Below are positions 17,752 through 26,464 of a stretch of DNA of 64,000 bases, piece by piece. The position numbers and the translations under genes were made by a program. The notes below the pieces were generated by a model. The model searched no databases. It saw only the letters and a program-made list of their open reading frames with translations, and was not told the origin of the DNA. Origin of the DNA: Hydrogenophaga intermedia (GTDB taxonomy: Bacteria > Pseudomonadota > Gammaproteobacteria > Burkholderiales > Burkholderiaceae_C). How positions within the stretch are numbered: position 1 is the stretch's first letter; every line of letters starts with the position of its first letter. The DNA is taken from assembly GCA_943371055.1 (NCBI GenBank), contig CALRTJ020000013.1:33518-97517 (forward strand), read 5' to 3'.

Positions 17752-19809
17752 ATGGCCACCGCCTCGTTCCGCACCCTGCCGTTCTGGCTGCGCAGCGCCA
17801 CGCTGCCGTGGGCGGGCGCGTTGCTGGCCACGCTGTTGGTGCTGGCCTGCATCGCCTTCGTGCGCTATGAGCGCCACGAGATGGAGGAGGACGCGCAGGA
17901 CCGTGCCCAGCTCTATGCCCGTGTGCTTGAGGACCATGCGAGCCGCACCGTCTCCAGTGCCGACCTGGCGCTGCAGTCACTGGCCCAGGCGCTGGAGCAG
18001 GGCGGCGAGGCCGGCCCGCTGCTGCGGGCCGCGGTCCAGGGGCAGCCCTTCCTGCGCAGCATCAGCCTGGTCGATGCCCGAGGTCGGGTCGAGGCCAGCT
18101 CCAACCCCGCCAACGCCGGGGTGGAGGTCGACCTGTCCGGCTGGCGCATCCACCGCAGCGGCCTCGGCACCGCGCTGCCCGGACGTGACCTGGCCACGAT
18201 CGTGCGTCGCGAGCGCGCGGCCCCAGGCGTGGCGGTGATGCCCCTGACCCGGCCGCTGACGCACGGGGCCCAGCTGGTGGCGCTGTTCAACCTGGACTTC
18301 TTCGCCAACCAGCACGCGCTGGTGCTGGGCGATGCCCCGTTCGACGCCGCGCTGCTGTCCTACGACGGCACGCTGCTGTCGGCCACCGAGCGGCTGCAGG
18401 CCGAGGTGGGCAGCTCGCAGGCGGGGCTGCCGGTGTTCGCCGAGCACCTGCCCCAGCGCGAGGCCGGCGCCTACGCCGGACCCGGCCTGGACGGCGTGGC
18501 CGCGCACCTGGCCTGGCGCGTCGGTCGGCGCCACCCGCTCGTGGTGGTGGTGCAGTCACCGGTCACTCAGGTGGAGCAGCGCGCGGCCTCGCTGGCGCGC
18601 CAGGTGGCCGGGGTGGGCGGCGCGTCGCTCGTGCTGCTCACCGCGCTGACCCTGCTGGCCTGGCGCAGCCTGCGCGGCCATGAGCGGGTCAGCCGAGACC
18701 TGCGCGAGGCCCGCGGCACCCTGGCGGCCAAGGACGCCTTCACCGATCGCCTGTTCCAGGTCAGCCCGGTGCCGATGGCGGTGCAGGATCCCCAGGGTCG
18801 GCTGCGGCGGGTCAACCAGGCGTGGTCCAGCCTGATGGGGCGGCCGGCGGACGGCATGCTGGGCCACACCCTGGAAGAGGCGCTGGGCGTCGCCGTCGCC
18901 GTGGCCCTCACTCCGGTGGTGGCGCACACGGCGCACGGCGCCGAGCAGCACGAGACCCGCCTGCCCGACGCCCACGGCCTGTGGCGCGACGTGATGGTGC
19001 GGCGCATGCCATTTGCCGGCCCGCAAGGCGAGCACGACGGCACCATCCTGTGCGTGCTCGACATCAGCGAGTTCCGCGAGGCCGAGCGCCGCACCCGCGA
19101 GGCCAAGGACGCCGCCGAGCGCGCCAACGCCGCCAAGAGCGAGTTCATCGCCAACGTCAGCCACGAGCTGCGCACCCCGCTGCAGAGCATCCTGGGGTTC
19201 TCCGAACTGGGTGCCGACCGCGCCCCCGAGGGCTCCCGGGTGCGCGACATGTTCCAGGCCGTCCACGCGGGCGGGCAGCGCATGCTGACCCTGGTCGAGA
19301 CCCTGCTGGACCTGTCGCGCATGGACGCCACCATCGGTCGCACCGAGCTGCGCGAGGTGGACCTGCGACCCTTGCTGCAAGAGGTGCTGGTGGAGCTGGG
19401 CCCGCTGGCCGCGCCGCGGCGGGTGCGGCTGCGCGGACCGGCCCCGGGTGAGCCCCTGAGGGCCCAGGCCGACCCGTTCCGGCTGCAGCAGGTGCTGCGC
19501 AACGTGCTGGCCAACGCCCTGCGCTTTGCCCCGCTCGACAGCGAGGTGGTGCTGGAGGCCGACGCCGAGCCGGCCTCCGGCATGCACCTGATCCGCGTGC
19601 GTGACCACGGCCCGGGCATCCCCGAGAGCGAACTGGAATCGATCTTCGAGCCCTTCGTGCAGTCCAGCCGCACCAAGGATGGCTCGGGCGGCACCGGGCT
19701 GGGATTGGCGATCTGCCGCAAGATCATGTCCGCCCACCACGGCAGCATCCGGGCCCGCCATGCCGAAGGCGGTGGCGCGGTGTTCGAGATCCGTCTGCCT
19801 CGGCTGTGA
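17752..19809 (+). CDS. sensor histidine kinase (membrane/periplasmic sensor, PAS, HisKA, HATPase_c)
   Basis: H-box is SHELRTPLQSILGFSEL. The N, G1 and G2 boxes are LRNVLANALRFAP, DHGPGIP and GGTGLGLAICRKI. Two TM segments flank a periplasmic region. No response regulator is adjacent. Confidence 0.85.
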   Translation: MATASFRTLPFWLRSATLPWAGALLATLLVLACIAFVRYERHEMEEDAQDRAQLYARVLEDHASRTVSSADLALQSLAQALEQGGEAGPLLRAAVQGQPFLRSISLVDARGRVEASSNPANAGVEVDLSGWRIHRSGLGTALPGRDLATIVRRERAAPGVAVMPLTRPLTHGAQLVALFNLDFFANQHALVLGDAPFDAALLSYDGTLLSATERLQAEVGSSQAGLPVFAEHLPQREAGAYAGPGLDGVAAHLAWRVGRRHPLVVVVQSPVTQVEQRAASLARQVAGVGGASLVLLTALTLLAWRSLRGHERVSRDLREARGTLAAKDAFTDRLFQVSPVPMAVQDPQGRLRRVNQAWSSLMGRPADGMLGHTLEEALGVAVAVALTPVVAHTAHGAEQHETRLPDAHGLWRDVMVRRMPFAGPQGEHDGTILCVLDISEFREAERRTREAKDAAERANAAKSEFIANVSHELRTPLQSILGFSELGADRAPEGSRVRDMFQAVHAGGQRMLTLVETLLDLSRMDATIGRTELREVDLRPLLQEVLVELGPLAAPRRVRLRGPAPGEPLRAQADPFRLQQVLRNVLANALRFAPLDSEVVLEADAEPASGMHLIRVRDHGPGIPESELESIFEPFVQSSRTKDGSGGTGLGLAICRKIMSAHHGSIRARHAEGGGAVFEIRLPRL

Positions 19810-19813
19810 GCGC

Positions 19814-20731
19814 ATGACCGGCCTGCGCGCCTCCGCCGCCGCCGACTGGCCCTGCCTGGCCCTGGCCCGCCGGTGCGACCCGGCCCGCCGGCTCCCGGTG
19901 CGCCTGGGCGATGCCGCCACCGCCCCGCGCCTGGGCTCGGTCGACCGCGCCGACCTGGACCTGCTGCACCAGGCCCCCGACCTGTGCCGGGTGCGGACCG
20001 ACGCCGTCGTGCTCCTGCCCCCGGACCCCCAGGCGCTCGGGGCCTGCCTGGTCCCGCTGCACCAGGCCTGGCGCGAGGCCGGTCGGATCCGTGCCTGGCG
20101 CGACGAGCCCTACCCCTGGCTGGACGAGCAGGGCACCTTGCGGGCGGTGATCGAGCGCGCCGCGTCGCGCTTCTGGGGCGCGCTGACCTTCGGCGCCCAC
20201 TGCAACGGGCATGTGGTGGACGCGGCGGGCCACCCCACCCACCTGTGGATCGCCCGGCGCTCGCGCCACAAGCCGACCGACCCGGGCCGGCTGGACAACC
20301 TGATCGGCGGCGGCGTGCCGCACGGCCAGACCCCGCGCCAGGCCCTGCTGCGCGAGGCCTGGGAAGAGGCCGGTCTGACCCCCGCCCAGATGGCCGGCCT
20401 GCAGCCCGGCGGTGTGTTCGAGCTGTGCTGCGAGGTGCCCGAGGGCCTGCAGCGCGAGTGGCTCCACGTGTACGACCTGGCCCTGCCGCCCGGTCTGGTG
20501 CCGGTCAACCAGGACGGTGAGGTCGAGGAGCACCGCCTGATGCCGGTGGACGAGGCCCTGGCCCGTGCCGCCGCGGGCGAGTTGACCACCGACGCCGCCC
20601 TGGCCACGCTGGACTTCGCCCTGCGCCACCGGCTGCTGCCCGCGGCGGCGGCCGCGCCGTTGGCCGAGCGCCTCGAGGCCTTGCGCGTGCCAGGGCCGCA
20701 GGCGGCCCGCTTCGATCCGCCGGGCGCCTGA
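19814..20731 (+). CDS. NUDIX-family hydrolase with N-terminal extension
   Basis: Nudix box-like GGGVPHGQTPRQALLREAWEEAGL. ATG at 19814, just after the kinase stop codon. Confidence 0.75.
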   Translation: MTGLRASAAADWPCLALARRCDPARRLPVRLGDAATAPRLGSVDRADLDLLHQAPDLCRVRTDAVVLLPPDPQALGACLVPLHQAWREAGRIRAWRDEPYPWLDEQGTLRAVIERAASRFWGALTFGAHCNGHVVDAAGHPTHLWIARRSRHKPTDPGRLDNLIGGGVPHGQTPRQALLREAWEEAGLTPAQMAGLQPGGVFELCCEVPEGLQREWLHVYDLALPPGLVPVNQDGEVEEHRLMPVDEALARAAAGELTTDAALATLDFALRHRLLPAAAAAPLAERLEALRVPGPQAARFDPPGA

Positions 20732-20827
20732 AGTTCGTTCAAATGCGCTGAAGCCGGTCGTGCATCGGCCTGAAGCGCCGGCGGTGGGGGGGCCGGCACA
20801 CTGGCGACCTTGCACCGGAACACCGCC

Positions 20828-21373
20828 ATGCCCACCACGCCCACCACCTCCAGCCGCTACAGCGGCGTCGCCATCGCCCTGCACTGGCTGCTGGCGCTGA
20901 TGATCGCCGGGGCCTTCGGCGTCGGCCTGTACATGGCCGACCTGGCGCCCTCGCTGGCCAAGCTCAAGCTGTACAACTGGCACAAGTGGGCCGGCGTGAC
21001 CATCCTGGCGCTGTCCGTGCTGCGCCTGGTCTGGCGCATCACCCACCGCCCGCCGGCCGACGTGCCCGCCCCGCGCTGGCAGCAGGTCGCCGCCCACGGC
21101 ACCCACCACCTGCTGTACCTGCTGTTCTTCGCCGTGCCGCTGGCGGGCTGGGCCTATTCCTCGGCCAAGGGCTTCCCGATCGTCTGGTTCGGCGTGCTGC
21201 CGCTGCCCGACTTCGTGCCCAAGGACGAGGCCCTGGCCGAACTGATCAAGCCCTGGCACGAGGCCCTGGCCTGGCTGATGGCCCTGCTGGTGGTGATGCA
21301 TGTCGCCGCCGCGCTCAAGCACCACTTCATCGACCGCGACGGCCTGCTCGACCGCATGCGCCCCGGCCGCTGA
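20828..21373 (+). CDS. cybB: cytochrome b561 family protein
   Basis: Four TM helices carry conserved His residues (IALHWLL, NWHKWAG, HHLLY, MHVAAALKHH). It lies upstream of two yceI genes, the typical arrangement. Confidence 0.85.
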   Translation: MPTTPTTSSRYSGVAIALHWLLALMIAGAFGVGLYMADLAPSLAKLKLYNWHKWAGVTILALSVLRLVWRITHRPPADVPAPRWQQVAAHGTHHLLYLLFFAVPLAGWAYSSAKGFPIVWFGVLPLPDFVPKDEALAELIKPWHEALAWLMALLVVMHVAAALKHHFIDRDGLLDRMRPGR

Positions 21374-21403
21374 ACCGACCCCTGCCCCTTTCCGAGGACC
21401 GAC

Positions 21404-21964
21404 ATGAACCGCCTCCTGATCACGGCCGCCGCCCTGCTGGCCACCGCTCCTGCCTGGGCCGCCGACCCGGTGGTCAACCCCGCCACCAGCGAAATCGCCT
21501 TCACCGCCAAGCAGATGGGCGTGCCGATGGAAGGCCGCTTCAAGCAGTGGACGGCCCAGATGGCCTTCGACCCCAAGAAGCCCGAGACCGGCAAGGTCGC
21601 CTTCACGATCCAGACCGGCAGCGCCGGCTTCGGCGCCAAGGAGACCGACGCCGAGCTGCCCAAGCCCGAGTGGTTCGGCGTGGCCAAGTTCCCCACCGCC
21701 ACCTTCCAGTCCACCACCATCAAGGGCCTGGGCGGCGGCAAGTTCGAGGTCGTCGGCAAGCTGGGCCTGAAGGGCTCGGTCAAGGACGTGACCATCCCGG
21801 TCACCGTCACCCAGGCCGCCGGCGCGTCCACCGCCACCGGCAGCTTCACTATCAAGCGGCTGGATTTCAAGATCGGTGAAGGCGACTGGACCGACACCTC
21901 CATGGTCGCCAACGACGTCACCGTCAAGTTCAAGCTCGCGATCACCGGCATGGGCCCGCTCTGA
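21404..21964 (+). CDS. yceI: YceI-family periplasmic (polyisoprenoid-binding) protein
   Basis: A signal peptide is present. YceI blocks: SEIAFTAKQMGVPMEGRF, AKFPTATFQST, GSFTIKRLDFKIG. Confidence 0.9.
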   Translation: MNRLLITAAALLATAPAWAADPVVNPATSEIAFTAKQMGVPMEGRFKQWTAQMAFDPKKPETGKVAFTIQTGSAGFGAKETDAELPKPEWFGVAKFPTATFQSTTIKGLGGGKFEVVGKLGLKGSVKDVTIPVTVTQAAGASTATGSFTIKRLDFKIGEGDWTDTSMVANDVTVKFKLAITGMGPL

Positions 21965-22023
21965 GCGACGCCCCCGCCAATCCCTTCCGTTCCCCGAACC
22001 CCTTTCCCCACAGGAGCCTCTCG

Positions 22024-22599
22024 ATGACCTTCGCCAAGCTGTTCGCCGCCGCCGCCCTGGCCGCCGCCATCCCCGCCTTCGCCGCCCCGGTGAGCTACAA
22101 CGTCGACCCGACGCACAGCTTCCCGCGCTTCTCGTACAACCACCTGGGCATGTCCACCCAGCTGAGCAAGTTCAACAAGGTCACCGGCACCGTGGTGTTC
22201 GACGCCGCCGCCAAGACCGGCTCGGTGGACGTCACCATCGACATGACCTCGGTGGACACCGGCTCGACCGTGTTCAACGGCCACATCCAGGGCGAGGACT
22301 TCCTGGACACCGCCAAGTTCCCGACCGCCACCTTCAAGTCGACCAAGGTGGTCTTCGAGGGTGACAAGCCCGCCAGCGTCGAGGGCCAACTGACCATCAA
22401 GGGCATCACCAAGCCGGTGACCCTGAAGGTCAGCCACTTCGTGTCCCAGGCCCACCCGATGATGAAGGTCCCGGCCATCGGCGCCGACGCCTCCACCGTC
22501 ATCAAGCGCACCGAGTTCAACGCCGGCAAGTACGCGCCCTACGTCGGCGACGACGTGACCATCACCATCTCGCTGGAAGCCGTCGCGCCGCAGAACTGA
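22024..22599 (+). CDS. yceI: YceI-family periplasmic protein (second paralogue)
   Basis: A signal peptide is present. DPTHSFPRFSYNHLGMST, AKFPTATFKSTKV, LTIKGITKPVTL. Confidence 0.9.
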   Translation: MTFAKLFAAAALAAAIPAFAAPVSYNVDPTHSFPRFSYNHLGMSTQLSKFNKVTGTVVFDAAAKTGSVDVTIDMTSVDTGSTVFNGHIQGEDFLDTAKFPTATFKSTKVVFEGDKPASVEGQLTIKGITKPVTLKVSHFVSQAHPMMKVPAIGADASTVIKRTEFNAGKYAPYVGDDVTITISLEAVAPQN

Positions 22600-22624
22600 T
22601 CCGCGCGCACCGCACCATGCGAAA

Positions 22625-22647
22625 GGGGACCCTCGGGTCCCCTTTTC
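22625..22647. terminator. rho-independent terminator between convergent yceI and ABM genes
   Basis: ggggaccc-tc-gggtcccc is followed by ttttc, and A-rich sequence precedes it, so it may act in both directions. Confidence 0.7.
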
Positions 22648-22671
22648 GCTGCCAGGGCCGCGGCCCGCGGC

Positions 22672-22971
22672 TCAGGACTTGGCCAGCAGCGTGAAGTGCT
22701 CGACCACCGGCGGCTGGGCGAAGAAGGGGCCGACGATGGCGCGCCACTCGGCGAACAGCGGCGACTCGCGGAAGCCGACGGTGTGGTCCTCCAGCGTGGC
22801 CCAGAAGATCTGCAGCACGTAGCGCTCGGGGCTCTCGACGCCCTTGTTGACCTTGAAGCCCTGGAATCCCTGGGCGCGGGCGATCACGGTGGTCAGGCCG
22901 CGCTGGATGGCCTCGTCGAATTCGGCCTGGCGGCCGGGCTGGATGCGGATGTCGGCGATCTCGAGAATCAT
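22672..22971 (-). CDS. antibiotic-biosynthesis-monooxygenase (ABM) domain protein
   Basis: 99 aa, MILEIADIRIQPGRQAEFDEA...FWATLEDH, a typical ABM/ferredoxin-like fold signature. The rest of the 256-aa track ORF is off-frame readthrough. Confidence 0.75.
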   Translation of the reverse strand: MILEIADIRIQPGRQAEFDEAIQRGLTTVIARAQGFQGFKVNKGVESPERYVLQIFWATLEDHTVGFRESPLFAEWRAIVGPFFAQPPVVEHFTLLAKS

Positions 22972-23068
22972 GGGGCTCAGGTCGTGCGGAAGGAGGGGAG
23001 AGCGAGTGTGCCACGCGTGCTGGTTAAGATCGCCGGCTTTGCCACCCGCCCGACCCTGGAGAACGCCC

Positions 23069-24196
23069 GTGACCGCACCCGCCACCCGCCCCGACGACTG
23101 GCAGCACGACCACGAGGCCGGCGGCCTGCCCGCCACCCAGGACATCACCCGCACCGACGACCTGCGCATCCAGGCGGTGCGGCCGCTGATCTCGCCGGCC
23201 CTGCTGCTTGACGAGCTGCCGGTGGACGCCGCCGCGCAGGGGGTGGTCGAGCGCGCCCGCCAGGACATCGCCCGCGTGCTGTCCGGCCAGGACGACCGGC
23301 TGGTGGTGGTGGTCGGCCCCTGCTCGATCCACGACCACGGCCAGGCGATGGAATACGCCCGCCGCCTGCAGCCGCTGGCGGCCGAGTTGGCGGGCGAGCT
23401 GCTGGTCGTGATGCGGGTGTACTTCGAGAAGCCGCGCACCACGGTGGGCTGGAAGGGCTACATCAACGACCCGCGCATCGACGGCAGCTTCCGCATCAAC
23501 GAGGGCCTGCGCCGCGCCCGCGAGCTGCTGCTCGAGGTGGCCCGCCTGGGCCTGCCCGCCGGCACCGAGTTCCTCGACCTGCTGTCGCCGCAGTACATCG
23601 CCGACCTGGTGGCCTGGGGCGCGATCGGCGCCCGCACCACCGAGAGCCAGAGCCACCGCCAGCTCGCCAGCGGCCTGTCCTGCCCGGTGGGCTTCAAGAA
23701 CGGCACCGACGGCGGCGTCAAGGTGGCGGCCGACGCGATCCTGGCCGCGCGCTCGGCCCACGCCTTCATGGGCATGACCAAGATGGGCCAGGCGGCGATC
23801 TTCGAGACCCGCGGCAACACCGACTGCCACGTCATCCTGCGCGGCGGCAAGCAGCCCAACTACTCGGCCGCCGACGTCGATGCCGCCTGCGCGGTGCTGG
23901 CCGCCAACGGCCTGAGCCCGCAGGTCATGATCGACTTCAGCCACGCCAACTCGTCCAAGCAGCACCGCCGCCAGGTCGAGGTGGGTGCCGACGTCGCCGC
24001 GCGCATCGCCGCGGGCGAGCGCCGCATCACCGGCGTGATGGTCGAGAGCCACCTGGAGGAAGGCCGCCAGGACGTGGTCGAGGGCCAGCCGCTGCGCCGC
24101 GGCGTGTCGATCACCGACGCCTGCATCGGCTGGGGCGACACCGAGCCCCTGCTGCGCGCCCTGGCCGCGGCCGTGGCCGCCCGTCGCGCGGGCTGA
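23069..24196 (+). CDS. 3-deoxy-7-phosphoheptulonate (DAHP) synthase, class I (AroF/G/H type)
   Basis: Near-collinear with the E. coli AroG blocks as I remember them: GPCSIHD, MRVYFEKPRTTVGWKG, WGAIGARTTESQSHR, CPVGFKNGTDG, IDFSHANS, ITDACIGW. A GTG start with a GGAGA RBS was chosen; the start is uncertain. Confidence 0.9.
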   Translation: MTAPATRPDDWQHDHEAGGLPATQDITRTDDLRIQAVRPLISPALLLDELPVDAAAQGVVERARQDIARVLSGQDDRLVVVVGPCSIHDHGQAMEYARRLQPLAAELAGELLVVMRVYFEKPRTTVGWKGYINDPRIDGSFRINEGLRRARELLLEVARLGLPAGTEFLDLLSPQYIADLVAWGAIGARTTESQSHRQLASGLSCPVGFKNGTDGGVKVAADAILAARSAHAFMGMTKMGQAAIFETRGNTDCHVILRGGKQPNYSAADVDAACAVLAANGLSPQVMIDFSHANSSKQHRRQVEVGADVAARIAAGERRITGVMVESHLEEGRQDVVEGQPLRRGVSITDACIGWGDTEPLLRALAAAVAARRAG

Positions 24197-24214
24197 GCCC
24201 CTCGGGCCGGCCCC

Positions 24215-26344
24215 TCAGTTGGGAATGATCGGTTCGTAGAGCGAGGGGCGGAACTCCACCGGGTGGGTCTCGCCCTCGCCCAGGGCCCACAGCGAGAGCA
24301 TGTGCGCCGTCATCGGGCGACCGAACAGATAGCCCTGGAACTCGTCACAGTGCAGGGCCAGCAGCAGGTTGCGCTGCTGCTCGGTCTCCACGCCTTCCGC
24401 CACCACCTTCAGGCCCAGCGCGTGGGCCATCTTGATCATCGCGTCCACCACCGCCAGCGCGTCGCTGCTCTCGTGGATGTCGGTGAACAGGCTGCGGTCG
24501 ATCTTGAGCTGCTTGGCCGGCAGTTTGCGCAGTGCCGCGAAGTTGGAATAGGCGGTGCCGAAGTCATCGATCGACAGTGACACGCCCACGCCCGCCAGTG
24601 CCGCGAAGGCGCGCATGGTGTCGTCCTCCATCGCCACCGATTCGGTGATCTCGAAGGTCAGCAGCGAGGGGTCGATGCGGTGCTTCTCGAGCGCGGCCCG
24701 GATGCGTGGCACCAGGTCGTCCTGACGCAGCTGCTGCATGCTCAGGTTGACCGCCACCCGCATGCGCAGGCCCTGTTCCAGCCAGTCGCGCACCTGCCGG
24801 CAGGCTTCCTCGATGACCCAGTAGCCCAGCGGGCTGATCAGGCCGAAGCGCTCGGCCACCGGGATGAACACCACCGGCGAGATCATCCCGCGGGTCGGGT
24901 GGTTCCAGCGCACCAGGGCCTCGGCGCCGGTGATCTGGCCCGACAGCGCATGCACCTTGGGCTGGTAGTACAGCTCCAGTTCGTGGCGGTCGATCGCGGT
25001 GCGCAGGTCGGTCTGCAGCTCGAGCTGAAGCCGGGCGTCCTGGTCCATGCTGGGGGCGAACAGCGCGAAGGACGAACCGCCGGCACGCTTGGCCGCGTAC
25101 ATCGCGGCGTCGGCGTTGGCGATCAGCTTGCTGCCCGGGCCATGGGCCGGGTAGGTGACGATGCCGATCGAGCAGGACAGGTTGACCTCGACGCCGTTGG
25201 GCAGGCGGCAGGGCCGGCCGATGGACTTGAGCACGGCCTGCGCCACGCGCACCGCGCGCTCGGGGTCGCGCCGCAGGTCCAGCAGGAGCAGGAACTCGTC
25301 ACCGCCCACCCGGGCGACCAGCTCGTCGCCTTCGGCGGGGATGACCTGGCGCAGGCGCTCGCCGATCTCGGCCAGCACCGCGTCGCCGGCGGCGTGGCCG
25401 AAGGAGTCGTTGACCGGCTTGAAGCCGTCCAGGTCGACGAACAGCACCGCCAGCGATTCGGCGTCCTGCGGGTGGATCGGGTCGAGCTGCTGCGACAGCC
25501 GCTCCTCGAACAGGGCGCGGTTGGGCAGCCGGGTCAGCGGGTCGGACAGGGCTTGGGCGCGCAGTCGCGCGTGGGCCACGTCCAGCGAGGCGCTGAGCGA
25601 GGCCTGGCGCCGGCGCGAGCGGGTGTCGGAGAACAGGCCGAACAGGCCCCGCACCCGCAGCAGCGAGGCCGCGCCGCTGAGCAGCCAGACCACGTGGGCA
25701 TCGGCCCCGCCATCGGCCGCACCCGGCAGCCGGGTCAGGAAGCGCAGGCCCTGGGTGGTGTGCTCGAGCGCCGCACCGGTCAGCACGCCGAAGGGCAGGG
25801 CGCCCAGCCACAGGCGCAACTCGTTCGGGCCCAGCGCCCGGGCCCCTGGCCACAGGCCCAGCCACAGGCCCAGCGCCGCCCCGGCGGCGGTGGCCGCCAG
25901 TTGCACCGCCAGGCCGGCCCCGGTGTGCTCCGGTGGCGTGGCCAGGCTGTGCTGGGCCACCGCGGCCACGCCCTGCCACCACAGCGCCAGCGCGAGGGCC
26001 AGGACCGCCACGCGCAGGCCCAGGCCGGGCCAACGCACCCGCGCCAGTGCCAGCCAGGCGGCCGCGCCCAGCACCGACGCCCCCCAGGCGAGCGTCAGCC
26101 AGACGGGGTCGAAGCGGGGCTCCCAGGGCAGGACCAGCCCGGACAGCGTGGCGAAGTGCAGGGCCCACAGCCCGCTGCCACCGGCCAGCCCCAGGGTCGC
26201 CCACCAGCCCAGCGAGGCCACCCAGCGGTCGCTGCGCAGGCGCTCGTGTCCCTGCGCCAGCAGGGCGAACAGCAGCGCGGCCAGCAGGGACGATGACAGA
26301 CTGGCGTACCCGTTCAGGGCGGGCGTGAGGGCGATGGGATCCAT
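24215..26344 (-). CDS. MHYT-domain / GGDEF / EAL cyclic-di-GMP signalling protein
   Basis: The N-terminus is multi-TM with MHYT-like repeats. GGDEF is at RVGGDEFLLL. EAL-domain blocks: EALVRW, QLKIDRSLF, VAEGVET. Confidence 0.85.
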   Translation of the reverse strand: MDPIALTPALNGYASLSSSLLAALLFALLAQGHERLRSDRWVASLGWWATLGLAGGSGLWALHFATLSGLVLPWEPRFDPVWLTLAWGASVLGAAAWLALARVRWPGLGLRVAVLALALALWWQGVAAVAQHSLATPPEHTGAGLAVQLAATAAGAALGLWLGLWPGARALGPNELRLWLGALPFGVLTGAALEHTTQGLRFLTRLPGAADGGADAHVVWLLSGAASLLRVRGLFGLFSDTRSRRRQASLSASLDVAHARLRAQALSDPLTRLPNRALFEERLSQQLDPIHPQDAESLAVLFVDLDGFKPVNDSFGHAAGDAVLAEIGERLRQVIPAEGDELVARVGGDEFLLLLDLRRDPERAVRVAQAVLKSIGRPCRLPNGVEVNLSCSIGIVTYPAHGPGSKLIANADAAMYAAKRAGGSSFALFAPSMDQDARLQLELQTDLRTAIDRHELELYYQPKVHALSGQITGAEALVRWNHPTRGMISPVVFIPVAERFGLISPLGYWVIEEACRQVRDWLEQGLRMRVAVNLSMQQLRQDDLVPRIRAALEKHRIDPSLLTFEITESVAMEDDTMRAFAALAGVGVSLSIDDFGTAYSNFAALRKLPAKQLKIDRSLFTDIHESSDALAVVDAMIKMAHALGLKVVAEGVETEQQRNLLLALHCDEFQGYLFGRPMTAHMLSLWALGEGETHPVEFRPSLYEPIIPN

Positions 26345-26464
26345 GGGCACGTCGGCTTTATCCCTCGCTATCGGCGGATTCGCAAGGAAATGAAACCCGC
26401 CTTCGTGAAGCCCGGCACCGGCGGGCGGGGTCGCGTGGCGCCGATGCCGCAAGGGCCGGCGGCC